64,000 nucleotides of DNA, from contig NW_024704742.1 of the NCBI RefSeq assembly GCF_018977255.1, forward strand, positions 105,774,001-105,838,000, written 5' to 3'. The position numbers and the translations under genes are program-made. Below the pieces are notes generated by a model. The model was not told the origin of the DNA. It worked only from the letters and a program-made list of their open reading frames with translations, and did no database searches. The stretch comes from Callorhinchus milii (taxonomy: Eukaryota). Positions 25,571 to 38,575 of the stretch are shown here, one piece after another (the stretch's first letter is position 1; each line of letters starts with the position of its first letter).

Positions 25571-26661
25571 TATTATTAAGATGTAACTTGTTTTCACTGT
25601 GAAAATTGGGTTTCATTCTGACTTGCTTGGTAACTTCCTGGGAGCCAGTTGACATTGCAATGGGCTCTGATTTAGAAGAATGGGACTGCCACTGTGGAAC
25701 AGCATTGCATGACAGGAAGAACAAGTGAGACAGATATATTTTCAATATACTTGAAGGAAATTCCAGGTTGTACAACACACATGATCAAGATGATATATGG
25801 TGTCCATATTGCTTGCTATCACCATTTATGAATAGTTTTTTTAACACATTCTCAGACGTTTGTTATGTGAACCTAGGTCACTAATGGGTGGTTAAACAGA
25901 TTGCAGGATCTAAATGTAGTGGAAAGTCATCTTCAGTAGGTTGGCTGCATTGCAGCTGAAAATAAATATTTTTTNCCATATTGTATCTTGTTGGATTTGA
26001 CCATTTTGTGTCATGAGAATGAATCTGGAAGAAGTTTGTGGACAATTTGCTATAAAGCAGAACCACAGTGTCAATTAAGTTGTTTTTGAATGGCTCAGTT
26101 TAGATATTGTGTGACAATCAATGCCAATTGTGATTCCAAAGACAGATGTACTTAACCTTCTTCATCCCAGAGCCTTTCCGGGAGTAAAGGTGCTTGAAAT
26201 CTGAGTGGGAGTCCTCTTATGTGTAGTACCCTTCACTCAGTACTTCAGGATGAAATGAATTCCAGAGTCCCTTAAACCTGACTATGAACGCATTCGGACT
26301 CTGCTATTGACTCCTGTATTGTTTACAGCCACTCAGCTTATTTTATAATTTCCTAATATACTTTTTCTGCTCATCATTGGCAAAAATACCGGCTTTGTCT
26401 GGCTTGCGTCAAAATGAGCAATCTATTTTTGAAATCCTTTCAGCATTAGCACAGTCTACTTGTGCTGGGTGCGGTTGGTGAGGTACTCTTAGATTACTGA
26501 TGGAGTCAGCTGGTGCTGCTTAATTGATATTTTTCAGCAATTGCAGGAGGAAGTTAAAACTGACCATGTGGTCTATTTGCACGCTCGGTGTTTACTGTCC
26601 AATCTAAATGTCAGGTTATTCAGAAAGTATTTGAGATGATAGAGTCACAGTGACAAGTGCT

Positions 26662-27146
26662 AACAACAACTTGCACTTGCATTTCAACTTTCACATGGGA
26701 TGAAATGTCTCAAGCGCATTACAAAGATTATGGGGGAGTTCCATAGAATGGGGGTATAGTGACTGAAAATTCTTAACACGGGCTAGTGCCACTTTTGAGA
26801 ATGGGGAGGTGAAGAGAAGCAGATTATCTTGTGCAAACACGACAGCCAAATAACGTATAGCATGTCCCACAAACAGCTATTAAGTAAATGGCTAATTTAT
26901 TTAGAGGATTGATGGGTCAGACACCAGGAGAAACTCTTCTCTTTTTGAGTAGTGTCATTGGATCCTTAATGTCCACTTGAACAGGCAGACGGGATTTGGT
27001 TCAGTGTCTCATTCAAAGCATGGCACCTCCAACAATGCAGTACACCGCCAGCACTGAACTGGAATGTCAGCCTCTGACACAGAGCCTGAACCCACCAAAC
27101 TTCTGACTCTGAGACAAGAGTTTTGCTGACTGAGTCAGGCTGACAC
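26662..27146 (-). mobile_element. SacSINE1/DeuSINE-like SINE
   Basis: Reverse complement begins gtgtcagcctgactcagtcagc…tctcagagtcagaagtt…gggttc; body ttcaagtggacattaaggatcc. Confidence 0.8.
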
Positions 27147-28679
27147 ATACAACAGACAAGTAAAAGTGTTAGTTGGCATTAATGACTGTATGAAAAATAA
27201 AAATTGAGGTGAATACTTCAAGCTTGACTGTGGCTATATTTTCAACAGCTGTTTCTAACCCGTGTCACCGGAGGCACTGGTTGTAAACAAAGAGCAGCAG
27301 CTTATTATATTGTTACAAATTACAACGGCTGAATTTGTAAGACTCGGAGATGAGTTTTTTTTATCCCCGATAGCCTAGGCAAGCCAGGTCAATGATAAGA
27401 TTAACCAAATCCCAGTTCTCTAGTTATGCTTTCTCAGTCATAGTCTATAATTATGATTGCACCGTGGGTTAATCTTGCAGTCTGCTCCTGATTATACCTT
27501 AGTCAAAGACCATCTGCTGATGATGGAGACATTTGGGTGTTGGTGCTTCTGCAGGCGATAAAGGAGAATTGGAAAGGGCCATTGGTGTTAGTGAGAAGCA
27601 GATGTATCCTCTCTGCTCGTGCTGTTTTTCTGCCTTTCAATCTGCCATCCTCTGTCTATTGATTTGCCTGCAAGCCATTCAGTCCTGAAACACTAAAAGG
27701 CTGGTCATTCAGGGGTCGTTCATCAAACCGTTCAGCACACGGGAAACGCAAAGAGAAAGCCTTTACTATTTGTTGAGATTTCTGCCAAACTACTTGTAAA
27801 CAATGGAATTTTTCATAAAGGATAGTCTAAATACAGTGAGAAAAAGAGAGCGAGGAAAGACCTAGAGAGAGGTGTAATATATTACACCAAGGCATGAGAA
27901 AAAGAAAAAAAGCTTTATTGAATAATTACTCTGGATATAAGAGGCAAATTTGCAAGGTTTTGGCAATATTAATAATAATCTTTACACTTATTGTAATGCC
28001 TATAATGCTGACAATATCATTAAGTGCTTCAGAAAGTTTTCTGTTGTGTTGTGGATCTGTATGCGTAGGCGAATAATGTTCACTTAATATGAAATCTATA
28101 ATGGTCTTGTGCGGAGTTTAGGCAGTTTCAATCCAATTGCCAGTCAAGGTGAATTTAAAAAAAGTCAAAATTTAAAACTTATTGTTATCCTCGTTAATAA
28201 TAATTATTATAAGGTTGGCTCTTGGCACAAACTGAATTCAGCACTAAAATGGCAATCTGACTCAGAAGCCTGCGGTGTTACACTGTTCCAGTAAGCTTTG
28301 GTGTCCTGAGGTTTGGGGCTGAAGTGGTTGTTGATCAGAGAAGAAAGATCTTTCCTCTTCTTCCAGCAATGCTCTGGAAGATCCCTGGAAGGATTTCACG
28401 CAGGCACTGGGTGCACAACTTGATAAGTGTTTTATTTCTCAGCAGCAACATTCCTCAGCTTGTTAAGCACATGGAAAAAAAAGCATCCGAAAATATGACA
28501 ATATTGAACACTGCTAAAGACGCGCTTTGAAGGACATTTCAGGAATCAGATAATAATCTTTAGACTATTTTAAACGGGAAATGTTGAAGCTGTCAATATA
28601 TCAATGAAAGCTCATTAAAAAGCATTCTTGTTGCAACTTCTCTGAAGGTTCAGAGGAAAATGGACCACGTGCTGTGGTG

Positions 28680-28985
28680 GGTACAGGAAGATGCAGGCTT
28701 TCCTCCCGTCTGTTCTGAGTTAGCTGATCTTGTCTGGGGCACTGCACTTGGCCTCAGTGGCCCCAGGCTAGGGAGAGGGTAAAATCAGCTTGGTCGCGCT
28801 CCTCTGTTATCCCGCTGGTAGAGCTTGTATATAAATGTCAGGTCAGGTAAGGATAAGATCAGGCTCGATTGGTGTGTTCCCCCACCCCCACTTCTCGCTC
28901 CCCTAAATCAAACAGCCTCCAAACAGGACTGTTGACAAGTTTGGAGCCACTATGCATGAGTCACTACCTTTGAGAGCGGAGGGGT
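28680..28985 (+). mobile_element. AmnSINE2-like ancient SINE
   Basis: ctgagttagctgatct…ttggcctcagtggccccaggctagggagagggtaaaatcagc…gatcaggctcg. Homologous to 63250-63570. Family name recalled from memory. Confidence 0.6.
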
Positions 28986-29869
28986 AAAAGTTAAAACTTG
29001 ACATGGGTGGTGGGTGGGGGAGGAGGTTGGGGGGGAGAAAAGATTCTTCGGAAAATATTTGTGAATTTGCAATAATTTATAATACAAGTGCCTTTGAAAA
29101 GCAGAGTCTCACAGAGAAAGGTCCTGAACTGTAGAAATGGAGCTGAATTAGCTGGGAATTGATGCAGTAATACAGGATGTGCCAGACACCAAATCTCCCA
29201 CCCAGTAAGATTATTTCTCGATTAAAGCCACGGTGATAATGTCACAGTCGTTAATCCTGGTGTGAGAATGTCATCGTGCATCATGGACACGAGAGTCCTC
29301 TTGACATTTGCCGTCCGGCCCAAAGCACAAGAACAGCTTCAGAATTTAATGAATGAAGGCACGCAGAAAATTAAAACCACAAATACTATTCAAATAAAGG
29401 GATACCGGGAATGATTACAAAGTAGTAACTTAATCTCATGGCTCAGGTAACTATTATAAACTGCTCGATCTTTGCTCTTTCAGTTTCTGACATTTTGGTT
29501 AGTTTACTGCCTTGTAATCACTCCTAGGGATTCATTAATCTCTCACTATCACTCGGAACTTCTGGGTCTCAAATCCAGTGCAACTTTACAGAATGTTTGC
29601 AAGATTTTCTACATGAAACTATCTTGTTTGCCATCAGCCTTGCTAACTTAATGCAGTTTGCCTTTGACAAATACTCAAATTAGCCAGGCTGATGTAAAGT
29701 CAGCCGATCTAGAGACTTGTCCGTGCGCTAGATTGATAGTATTCAAAGATTTACAAAGAAAGTACAGCACGGATAAAGGCCACTCGGTTATACTCCAGAC
29801 GAGTCTTCACCCATTCCTTTTCTTATTCTCTCCCTCCCTCACCCTTCTATTCCCCTCTCCCTATGTGAA

Positions 29870-29965
29870 GGTCTAGCTTCCTCTGGAATGCATCTATACT
29901 ATCTGATTCAACCATCGTTTCAGGCAACGGGTTCCACAATCTCACTACCCTCTGCATAGAGTATT
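29870..29965 (-). mobile_element. CR1-type LINE fragment
   Basis: Reverse complement gcagagggtagtgagattgtggaacccgttgcctgaa (QRVVRLWNPLP). Confidence 0.65.
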
Positions 29966-30187
29966 CAAATGCGTTGTTCAATTACACAGTAATTGTATAG
30001 TAGTATGAGCTTTCGAGTTGCTAAGCAAATATCAGAACTGACCACACCCTGATATCTCTGATAGAAACTGAAAGTACTAGAATTCCACAACATGTCATCT
30101 ATCAACATTTGAAGAAAGTTAATGTTTTGGGAAAGGGCATGGATGAGAACGCAACTGTTTGGATTGCCAGCATTAACAGCATTAACA

Positions 30188-30532
30188 GTTCACTGAGCTG
30201 GTAGAATTCTTGCCTGTGGGATAGAGGTTGTGGATTCAAGCAGCATCCCAGACATTCCTAGGGCATAACTGTGGCATAACATAGTTTTCCCTCACCAAGC
30301 TGAGACACGCTCACCATCAATTTGGACATGATGTCCTCAGCTCTCTGCTGCCTCATCATTGTTATCAGTTGAATCCATGTTATAACCAGCGCCATGTTCC
30401 GGTGGTCATTAGGGCTGATAGTAGCACTGAGTGATCCATTACTACTGGTTGGTAGACAATGCTAGTACGATTGGTAAATAAATGGGTGAAATCCATTCAG
30501 GGTAATATTAATGATGTGATGCTCAACTGCTT
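30188..30532 (+). mobile_element. Unclassified tRNA-headed SINE-like relic
   Basis: Head ctggtagaattcttgcctgtgg…aggttgtggattcaag resembles the DeuSINE head, but the body is unrelated to other SINEs in the window. Confidence 0.35.
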
Positions 30533-31319
30533 TCAAGGATCATGCTTTCCTTTGTCCGTGCCCAACATTTCTTCTCCTCGCGACAACTCAGTTGTATAGA
30601 GTCCGGGCTTGTGGGCACTCTGAGACGCTATTCTGTGTGAAGAATAATAATCCTTACATTTGATATAGCGCCTTATCATGTCTTCGCGATGTCTCAAAAA
30701 GCGCTTCACAGAATATACTGCAAAGTGAATTAACTGTATATGTTGTGGCCGAAGGGCGCTATATAAATGCAAATAATTGTGTGAAACTGGAATGTGCCTT
30801 CTGTATCTCAGATGGTCTTCTAACATCTATCTTAAACAAGATGCAAGAAAAATCTTACTAGCTGATAGGTGGGCCTGTTCTCACTGCTGTCCTCAGTCTC
30901 TCTCTCTCTCTCTCTTTCTATTCTCTCTGTTATAAAGTTTCCTAGTTTTGTTTTATTATTAAAAATAATAATAAATAATGTGTATGCTCATAGCTCCTCT
31001 AAACATTCCATTCTCCTTCCTCTCAAGCTCCAAATCCATCGTTCAACACAACCGTTTTGCCCATAAAATATACAGTCAATTCACTTTACCATATATTCTG
31101 TGAAAAGCTTTGAGATGTCTCAAAAGTGCTACACCAAATGCAAGGATTGTTATTATTAACTGTTCTGCCACTTGCATCCTTACCATTTCATGCTCTAAAT
31201 GAGACTGAATAATAATAATATTTCCAGAATCTCAAGACTAGGCAACTCCTGAACCTCCCTCAGTCTTCCCTTTTGCCTACAATCAATCTCGGCTCATCAC
31301 CAGTCTTGAAAGTAGTCGT

Positions 31320-31545
31320 CTCAAAGGGAACCTTAATGAGAACAGCCACTCGGAAGTATTTATTTACCAGGTTGTCAATTACTGACTGGACTAGGTTACC
31401 AAGAAGTGTGATTGAAGCCAGGATATTCGATTCTTTAAAAAAACACAGTTTTGGTGCTATGATGGGAGGATGTTATCAAGGAAGGATCAGATGAACTGAG
31501 CTGAAGAGCCTTCTTCATCCGAATCTTTCTTGATCTTGTGATCTT
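31320..31545 (+). mobile_element. CR1-type LINE 3' fragment
   Basis: ORF 31273 segment RKYLFTRLSITDWTRLPRSVIEA, then a 3' motif gagctgaagagccttcttcatc and a short-repeat tail. Confidence 0.65.
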
Positions 31546-32639
31546 CAGGTTTTAAGACCCATTACCTGGAGTCAGCTAACCATTTTTTAATTTATCTTAT
31601 TTTTCTCTCCAACTCGTATCAATTTGCTGGTCCCCTGCACTATCGGACTTGGACCTTCTCCAAAATTTCTCAATTGAACAAAACATACTGTTGGAGTTTA
31701 GTATTCCCATGCTAATCTAATCCATATTGAAAGAGACTGAAATGATGTAAATCCACTTGCATTCCTTCTTTTCTGTCAAAATATTCTCAATGTATCACTC
31801 TATCATCAGAAAATCTAGTTAAAAATAATATATATCAATGTACTGCACATTGTTGATGCTTTGATATACAGTATGTTCATCTGGAGAAACATCACTCACA
31901 CAGCTGTTGCTTAAGTGCATGAATAGCAGATTATTTACAAAGATTTGCAAATAACAGCTCAGATGACAGTATCATTGAGATTCAGTATGTAAGATATATT
32001 CACTTACTTTTTCTCCCATGAGTTGGCACTTTTTTGTTCAGATGGATATATGGTTGTAGGTTCTCCGCTAACATTGTAACATGGGGGTGGGGTGTCTCAG
32101 ATATATAACTTGACCTGTTGCTGGTGATGTCTCTGAGAGCACAGTGGGTAAGGGTATCACAGACACAGCTTGATGCATTGATTAGTAGCAGCCTGGCCAC
32201 CTGCCATAATTCCTCCACGTGTCAAAGTTGTAGGATGTGTATGTCTTAGGATGTGTATGTGACAGAACTACAGGGTGTGTATGCTTGACAGTGTACCTTG
32301 CTTTTAAAAACTATCAATAGGACTGCTTGATGATACCACAACATACAGCATAGATATGACGAATGCAGATAGCAGTGATCTTCTCATTATGCAATTGCAG
32401 CAAACAAAGATTGCCAGAGTTATTGATCAGTGTAGGATTGCCATGATGTAATCTGCCAGTGCCCTGTCAATTCTTTTAACGGGATGATTGGGACTCTCTG
32501 TGATAGTATTTTCGAATCTTATATAGGAGACCGCCAACTCTGTTCCACCCAAATCATCATATATTGCCAGGTACAGTTAACAGATTTGTGGAAAACTAGC
32601 TGTGGCATTTTAATACCAGGACTAACATTTAAAAAAAAA

Positions 32640-32976
32640 AAAATAATAATTTGGTCACTCAATCCACGACTGTTTGTGGGACACTGCCGTGCACAATTGG
32701 CTGCCGCGTTTTGCCCACAAAATACACAGTCGGTACATTTTACAGTATATTCTATGAAGCGCTTGGGAGACGGGATAAGATGCTATATCAAACACAAGGA
32801 TTATTATATGATGATGATCACAATAAAACATTGTGTTTTATGAATCTACGGCTGTTACATTGCCATCATTTCATGGCTGGGGTTTCATCCAATTGTAAAT
32901 CCAGCGCCTTGGGACATCCTCCCGACGTGAAAGGCGCTATACAAATGTAATCTTTTTGTTGTTGTTGTTGTTGTTG
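32640..32976 (+). mobile_element. SINE 3' half (32640-32815) followed by an isolated L2 tail (32903-32976)
   Basis: Deu core tgtgggacactgccgtgcacaattggctgccgcg, then gcgccttgggacatcctcccgacgtgaaaggcgctatac…(gtt)n. Confidence 0.8.
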
Positions 32977-35900
32977 TGGCCCCAGCTAGTCCCTTCACAC
33001 ACAGTTGTTAACATCCTAGCCGTTGATGAAATCTGTGGAATTGTCTTCAGGTTAGACAGCCATCACTGCCACTGTGGAGGAAAGTGTAGATATGGGGAAG
33101 GGAGGAACGTAAATGGAGGAGGATAGTTGTGATCGAAACAAGTCCCACTTTAATGCACGGAGTCACGGAGATGGCTGTTTCTCATGGTAAAGAATTGGTG
33201 CCTCAAGTGTGGGATTCTATAAAGCATGTCCTGATCCTGGAATAGCCTGGCCCTGAATCTGCTGCCACACCATGTTGGCAGCTTTCCACAGCACCGGACT
33301 CTGCCTTTATTATTGAACAAACTCGTTGAGTTCCATCTTAGCACTTTTTAAAAACCTTACTGTTTGTTAGAACCTAAAATCTAATGTTGCATAAACTGAT
33401 GCATAAATTCATATGTACGGAACTAATTACAGTGATTAACAATGTAATTAATTACCCAACCATTTTCATTAGCATTTGTCTACAAAATAGACAGTCACTA
33501 CACTTTGCAGTAAATTATGTGAAGCGCTTTGAGATTTCCTCCTGTCGTGAAAAGCACTGTATCAAATGCAAGAATTATTATTATTATTATTTATTGTTAA
33601 TTGCATATTTAAGGGGACCTGAAGTTCCCATGACTAAAGACATAGTTCACATATGACACGTAAGAGACCCCAGTGTCTCTTTAACATCTCTACAAGGTTT
33701 TATTTCAAGAGAGTATAAGCCTGGGCTTTCATTGAAATTCCCTTTTAACATTTCTGCGACTGAAATGTGGTTACTTTGGAAGAAAACCGTAGCAAACTCC
33801 CACACTGCTGGATAAAGTTACCGCTGTACAAGACAGTGAGTTGTAGATTGAATCCGGGACTGACTTTAAGTTGCTTGAGTTTGGCTGCTATAAATGACCT
33901 GTGAGGAGGAGAGGACGGGGCTCGGCTGTGACACCGCCTTGGTTAAATGGCCTTCCAGCATGCACTTTGAATGCTCTCATGTGAATAATGAGCACTGAGG
34001 GCCCTGGAGGGTGTGCAGCACTCGTGGTATTATACCACAGCACGAGTCAGCACCTTCAAGCGAGAAGGAAAGAGAGAATTGGCAACTGTAAACCTGCTGC
34101 AAAAGATGTTTCTCTGATTCATCAATAGAATGAGGGTGAGATAATGGGAGCGGCTGACTAACCACTGTGAAATGTGGACATGTAATGTGCATGGCGTTCA
34201 GCTGAAAAGTAATGATTCTGCAGTCAATAACTGCTCAGTGGTTATCGCCTGAGCCACTATTGATTGGGATCATTCAGCAGCCGTATAGTCGAGAAGGAAT
34301 TGGCAAAATAAATAGAACTGGGGAACTAACCAGAGTTTGCCAAGATTTTAACCATCTGTCCTTAAACATATTTAGTAATAACTTGCAAACAAGTTATTCT
34401 TGCATAGCCTTCAGCCTACGTATGAAAATTCTCATCCTACTCTGCACACACATACCTATTGATAGAGATTTTTTTTGGAAAAATCATAACTAACTTAGCA
34501 CAGACTGGATTGACCCAGAAAAAAATTATTAAAACTGGTTTAATGTGATATTTTTAAAATATAAATAAAACTTCTGAACCAATTTAAAATCTGAGAAGAT
34601 AAATCCCCCAAAATGACTTTAGTCTGTGCTGTATAGACCAGTACATCATAGCTTTGAGACATTTATTTTACATGAACGGGGCTATATGAGTGTAAGTTGT
34701 TGCAGTCCACCCAGCTCTGGACAGAGCATATTCAGAGACATATCTAAGCCACAGTGAAACGATCTCAATATAACATTCCAAAGTAGTATATCTGAGATTT
34801 TGCAACACTGTGATGGCAGCAGTGATATGTATGATGGATCTTGACATGATCTTGCATTGATTGGTAAGTGGAATTTGAGATGTACATTGTCGAACAAGGC
34901 TTTAGTCAGATTGCCCTTGAAATAAATATACGACATTTGAATCTTCTGTGGTTGATTTGGAAGCAGAGATGCTGCAATAAACCTCAAGAGGTTAACGTGG
35001 GTCAAATTTGCAGTATTCCTAAACCTGTTCCAGTTCTTATTTAAGGAACCTGTTTCAGGAACACCAGTAGGTGGCTCACCTCTTAGGTTAAGTGGATTGC
35101 TCCACCATGGACTGAGCGACGCCATGTTTTTTTACCCTGATACAACAATTTTAGTCAGTAAACTTTAAGCCCGACATTGGGCTCTAGATTATTATCTTTA
35201 TTTAATTTTGCATTCCTAGTGTTTATCTGCTAAGCGGGGCTGAAAAACACGCTCTCCTAGGCCAAAACATTAACTTATATTGATTGGCCCAGAGGCTTTG
35301 GGTTTAGTCACACAGTCATAGGGACATAGATGATTTTGGTTAAATGTTAACAGAACAATCACTTCAAATTAACCTACATGAAGTCCTTTGAGATGCAACC
35401 AGGTATTAAATGAAATAAATGCAAGTATTGTTGTTATGAGTAGGAAATCATGCTTTGAGACTGGAAATCCCTGTGCAAATATCTGTACAACAAACTGCTT
35501 TGTTATTACTGTATAAATATTTTTGTGCACAGGAGACTGTGAGCAAATAAATACTTTTTTTGCAATTATAGATTTTGCAAATAAATAAACTGCCTTGTAG
35601 TTCAGTTCCAATAGACTATCTGTCGTCTGATCCTGTATCAGATTGTGATCTTGTTGGTCTGTGATGCTCTTGTACCTTTTAAAAATGCTTTGCAACAACA
35701 AAATTCTGTTGAGAAAGAGTGTTATTTCAAAGATATGGTTTCAAGTTCATGTAGTTATGTAGAATATACAGCACAAGCTGGGGTCAGTTTAGCACTGTGC
35801 TAGAGCATACATCCTTGAAAAGAGATGTCATTACTGTGGACTCAGTGATATCACAGGGGCAATGAGTTGGAGAAAGAAGGATTTCATCAATGCCATTCTT

Positions 35901-36595
35901 ATTGTGAAGAATTTTATCTTTTTCCTACATCACACACACATACTAACTTTTTTCCTTCCTTAATGAAGGAAATAATATATAGGAAATAATATATAATTAT
36001 ATAGGAACATAGGAAAACAGGAAAAGGAGGAGGCCATTCAGCCCATCAAGTCTATTCCACGTTTATTAAATCCTGTGAGATCTTTAATCCCAATGCCTTG
36101 CCCTGTGATTGAACGATTGGCTTGGGGTCAGTTTTGTGTTAGATTTGTGTTTATCCTACTGAATGTGCTGCAGGTGGATTCATTCCCCTGACAAAACTCT
36201 CAATGGTGATGGTCATGAGGCTGAGCCCTTGGCGTTGAACTTCTGGATTGGACTTTTTGTGAGATATCAATTGTGTTACTCTAGGTTTTTTGTAGTCATT
36301 CAGGATATAGTGTTTTTTATGCTGTTATAGAACTGTTGTGGAACTGGGATCGAGTGAAAGCAGATACTATGAGACTGAAGTGAAACATCCAACATCTTTG
36401 TCCACTTACTTCGTACCCAAATGAATTAATAGTTCTGTTGAGATGACTTTAATATGCATTCAGATTGGAAAATCTGAAAAAATGACTGTGCATTGACCAT
36501 TAAATCTATCTTTAAGAGCATTCTTTCCACTTTATCCTTAAGACATAAATATTTGGATCACAGTATTCTTTCAGGTAAGATGATAAATCACAGCT

Positions 36596-37035
36596 TTGTT
36601 TGCCTGTTCAGGTGGGTCAAAAACCCTGAGTTACTATTTGAAAAGAGAAGGGAGTTTCCCCTGATGAACTGGCCAACAATCCCTTCAGTAAAAATGATCA
36701 TCTTTTCATGCCTGTTTGTTAAACATTGCTATGCACAAATTGGCCCATTTGCCTCCAAAATGCAGTCGTTACACTTTACAATAAATTCTGTGAAGTGCTT
36801 TGAGACATCCTCCTGACATGAATTTCAGGAGGATTATTATTGTTAATACGAATTGAAAGAAAGAACTTGTATTTTTATTGAAGCTTATCATGTCAAAACA
36901 TCTCAAAACGCTTTATAGTAATTACTGTCAAGTATAGTGGTTGTTTCGTAGGCAAATCAGGGATCCATTTTGCGTGCAACAATGTCCCTCAAACAACTAT
37001 GTGGTGAATGGCCAATTTATTTTGGGAATTGTTGG
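36596..37035. mobile_element. Two DeuSINE-like fragments, tail to tail (+ 36596-36845; - ~36857-37035)
   Basis: Plus: gcctgttcaggtgg…ctgtgaagtgctttgagacatcc. Minus: aacttgtatt…tctcaaaacgcttt…caatgtccctcaaacaac. Confidence 0.7.
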
Positions 37036-37607
37036 CAAATAGCAAACAGGCTGCAAAATCACAACCAGTTCGTTAAGTTAAATGCTTTACTTTGTACATT
37101 TTTGAAAAAAAAATCACAGCACATAAAATGGATACTGGTGCCTCAGTGCTGCATTCTAGTCATATTTTTACCCCATGCATTAACATTTGAAGGCATTGTT
37201 GGTATACATTAATAGCAATTGAAGAATCAATATGCATAGGTCTTCAAGAGTTTTGGCAGTGTTCTAAACACTCAAAATTTGGTAGTGAATCTGTAGAAGG
37301 TTGTGCTGAAATTTTGGTTTGCTGATTTTCATGGGTCAGCTACACTGACATGTTGTGTTGTGTTGGGATTTTCTCACATTACCTAAAACATCTGTCTGGT
37401 TATTATAGTGGAAATTCATCCAGCTCTTGCAATAAAATGGCGTAGGTACATCTGGAATAAGACTCTGTTTCAGATCGATATTGGAGGCACTGACATGTGC
37501 AGACTGAGATGAATACCGCATGGCACGCAATGGTTTCAATGATGCTGGGGGAATAGGATTGGGGGAGAGGAAGTCAGATATGTTGTCTGGCAAAGGAAAC
37601 GGGATAA

Positions 37608-37840
37608 GAGGAGAAATTCCACCTGAGTCTCGATGTACTCTAAATTATGTAGCTTTTTATAGTGTGCCAAGTTTAGCAAATTGTTGAACTTGGTCTCAGG
37701 CCTTTTTTTTTCAATGAATTTATAGAAAACCAGCTACAAATTTAAGAATTTAAATCTAAGAAGTTAAATCTTATGAATTCGCCAAATTCTGAAATGCTAT
37801 GAAAATAGTGTAAATCTTGAGACCAGGTGGAATGTCTCTC
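37608..37840. mobile_element. Palindromic MITE, copy B (best TIRs)
   Basis: gagaaattccacctgagtctc (37611-37631) versus gagaccaggtggaatgtctc (37819-37838): one mismatch and one indel. Confidence 0.7.
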
Positions 37841-38543
37841 ATGTGTAAATAGTAGAGAGATGTGGATATAAGAATATTATGGGTTTATACATACAGGATG
37901 CAGACAACCACCACTGTGCGTTTATTATGTGGGAATTGACAAATGGCCAAACTCCTTTAGTTTTTTGTAAACAGAAATATTTTAGGCTCATGGTTATTTT
38001 AACTCTATCTATCTATTTCAAGCATTCAGCACCCTCGCTAGTTTTTTTTATTAATGCTAATGTTTCACTGAATTCTACCCCCTCCCCCCAACGCTGAGAA
38101 TAGAGTGGCTTTGAAGCATTCACATAATTTGTTCTTCTTTTGCTCCATCTATAAACTCGATATAAAGTGCATAGTCAGCCTATCGGGAAAAGATCTGATT
38201 TCAGCCTTTACCCTGCTGAATAAACATAAACACCATATGTTTAGCACAACAAATACTGTCATTAGCACTTCAAAAAGGTTGAAACAATAATAATCATGCA
38301 AGCCAGAAATTCATGTTTGCAAGCAGAGTGGCTCTTTTACATCACCAACGAAAGTAAATGGGACGTGAACGGTTCAATAGCTTAATTTTCATATGAAAGC
38401 TGGAACACAGAGAGCACTGTTTTGAAATTCTCCAAAAGCGTTCTCATTGTAAAAATCAGAGCTGCCATTTCTACTTCTGCTGCCATTTTTGACTGTACTG
38501 AACTGACCCTCTCTCCTCCCCCATTGCTTTTCTATTGATGTAG

Positions 38544-38575
38544 GCCTTTATGCTCGCACACTTCCAACCCTCTCT
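38544..38575 (+). other. Candidate 32-nt exon, host gene unknown
   Basis: Branch-like actgac, long pyrimidine tract, tag acceptor; donor ct|gtgagt. Confidence 0.25.
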
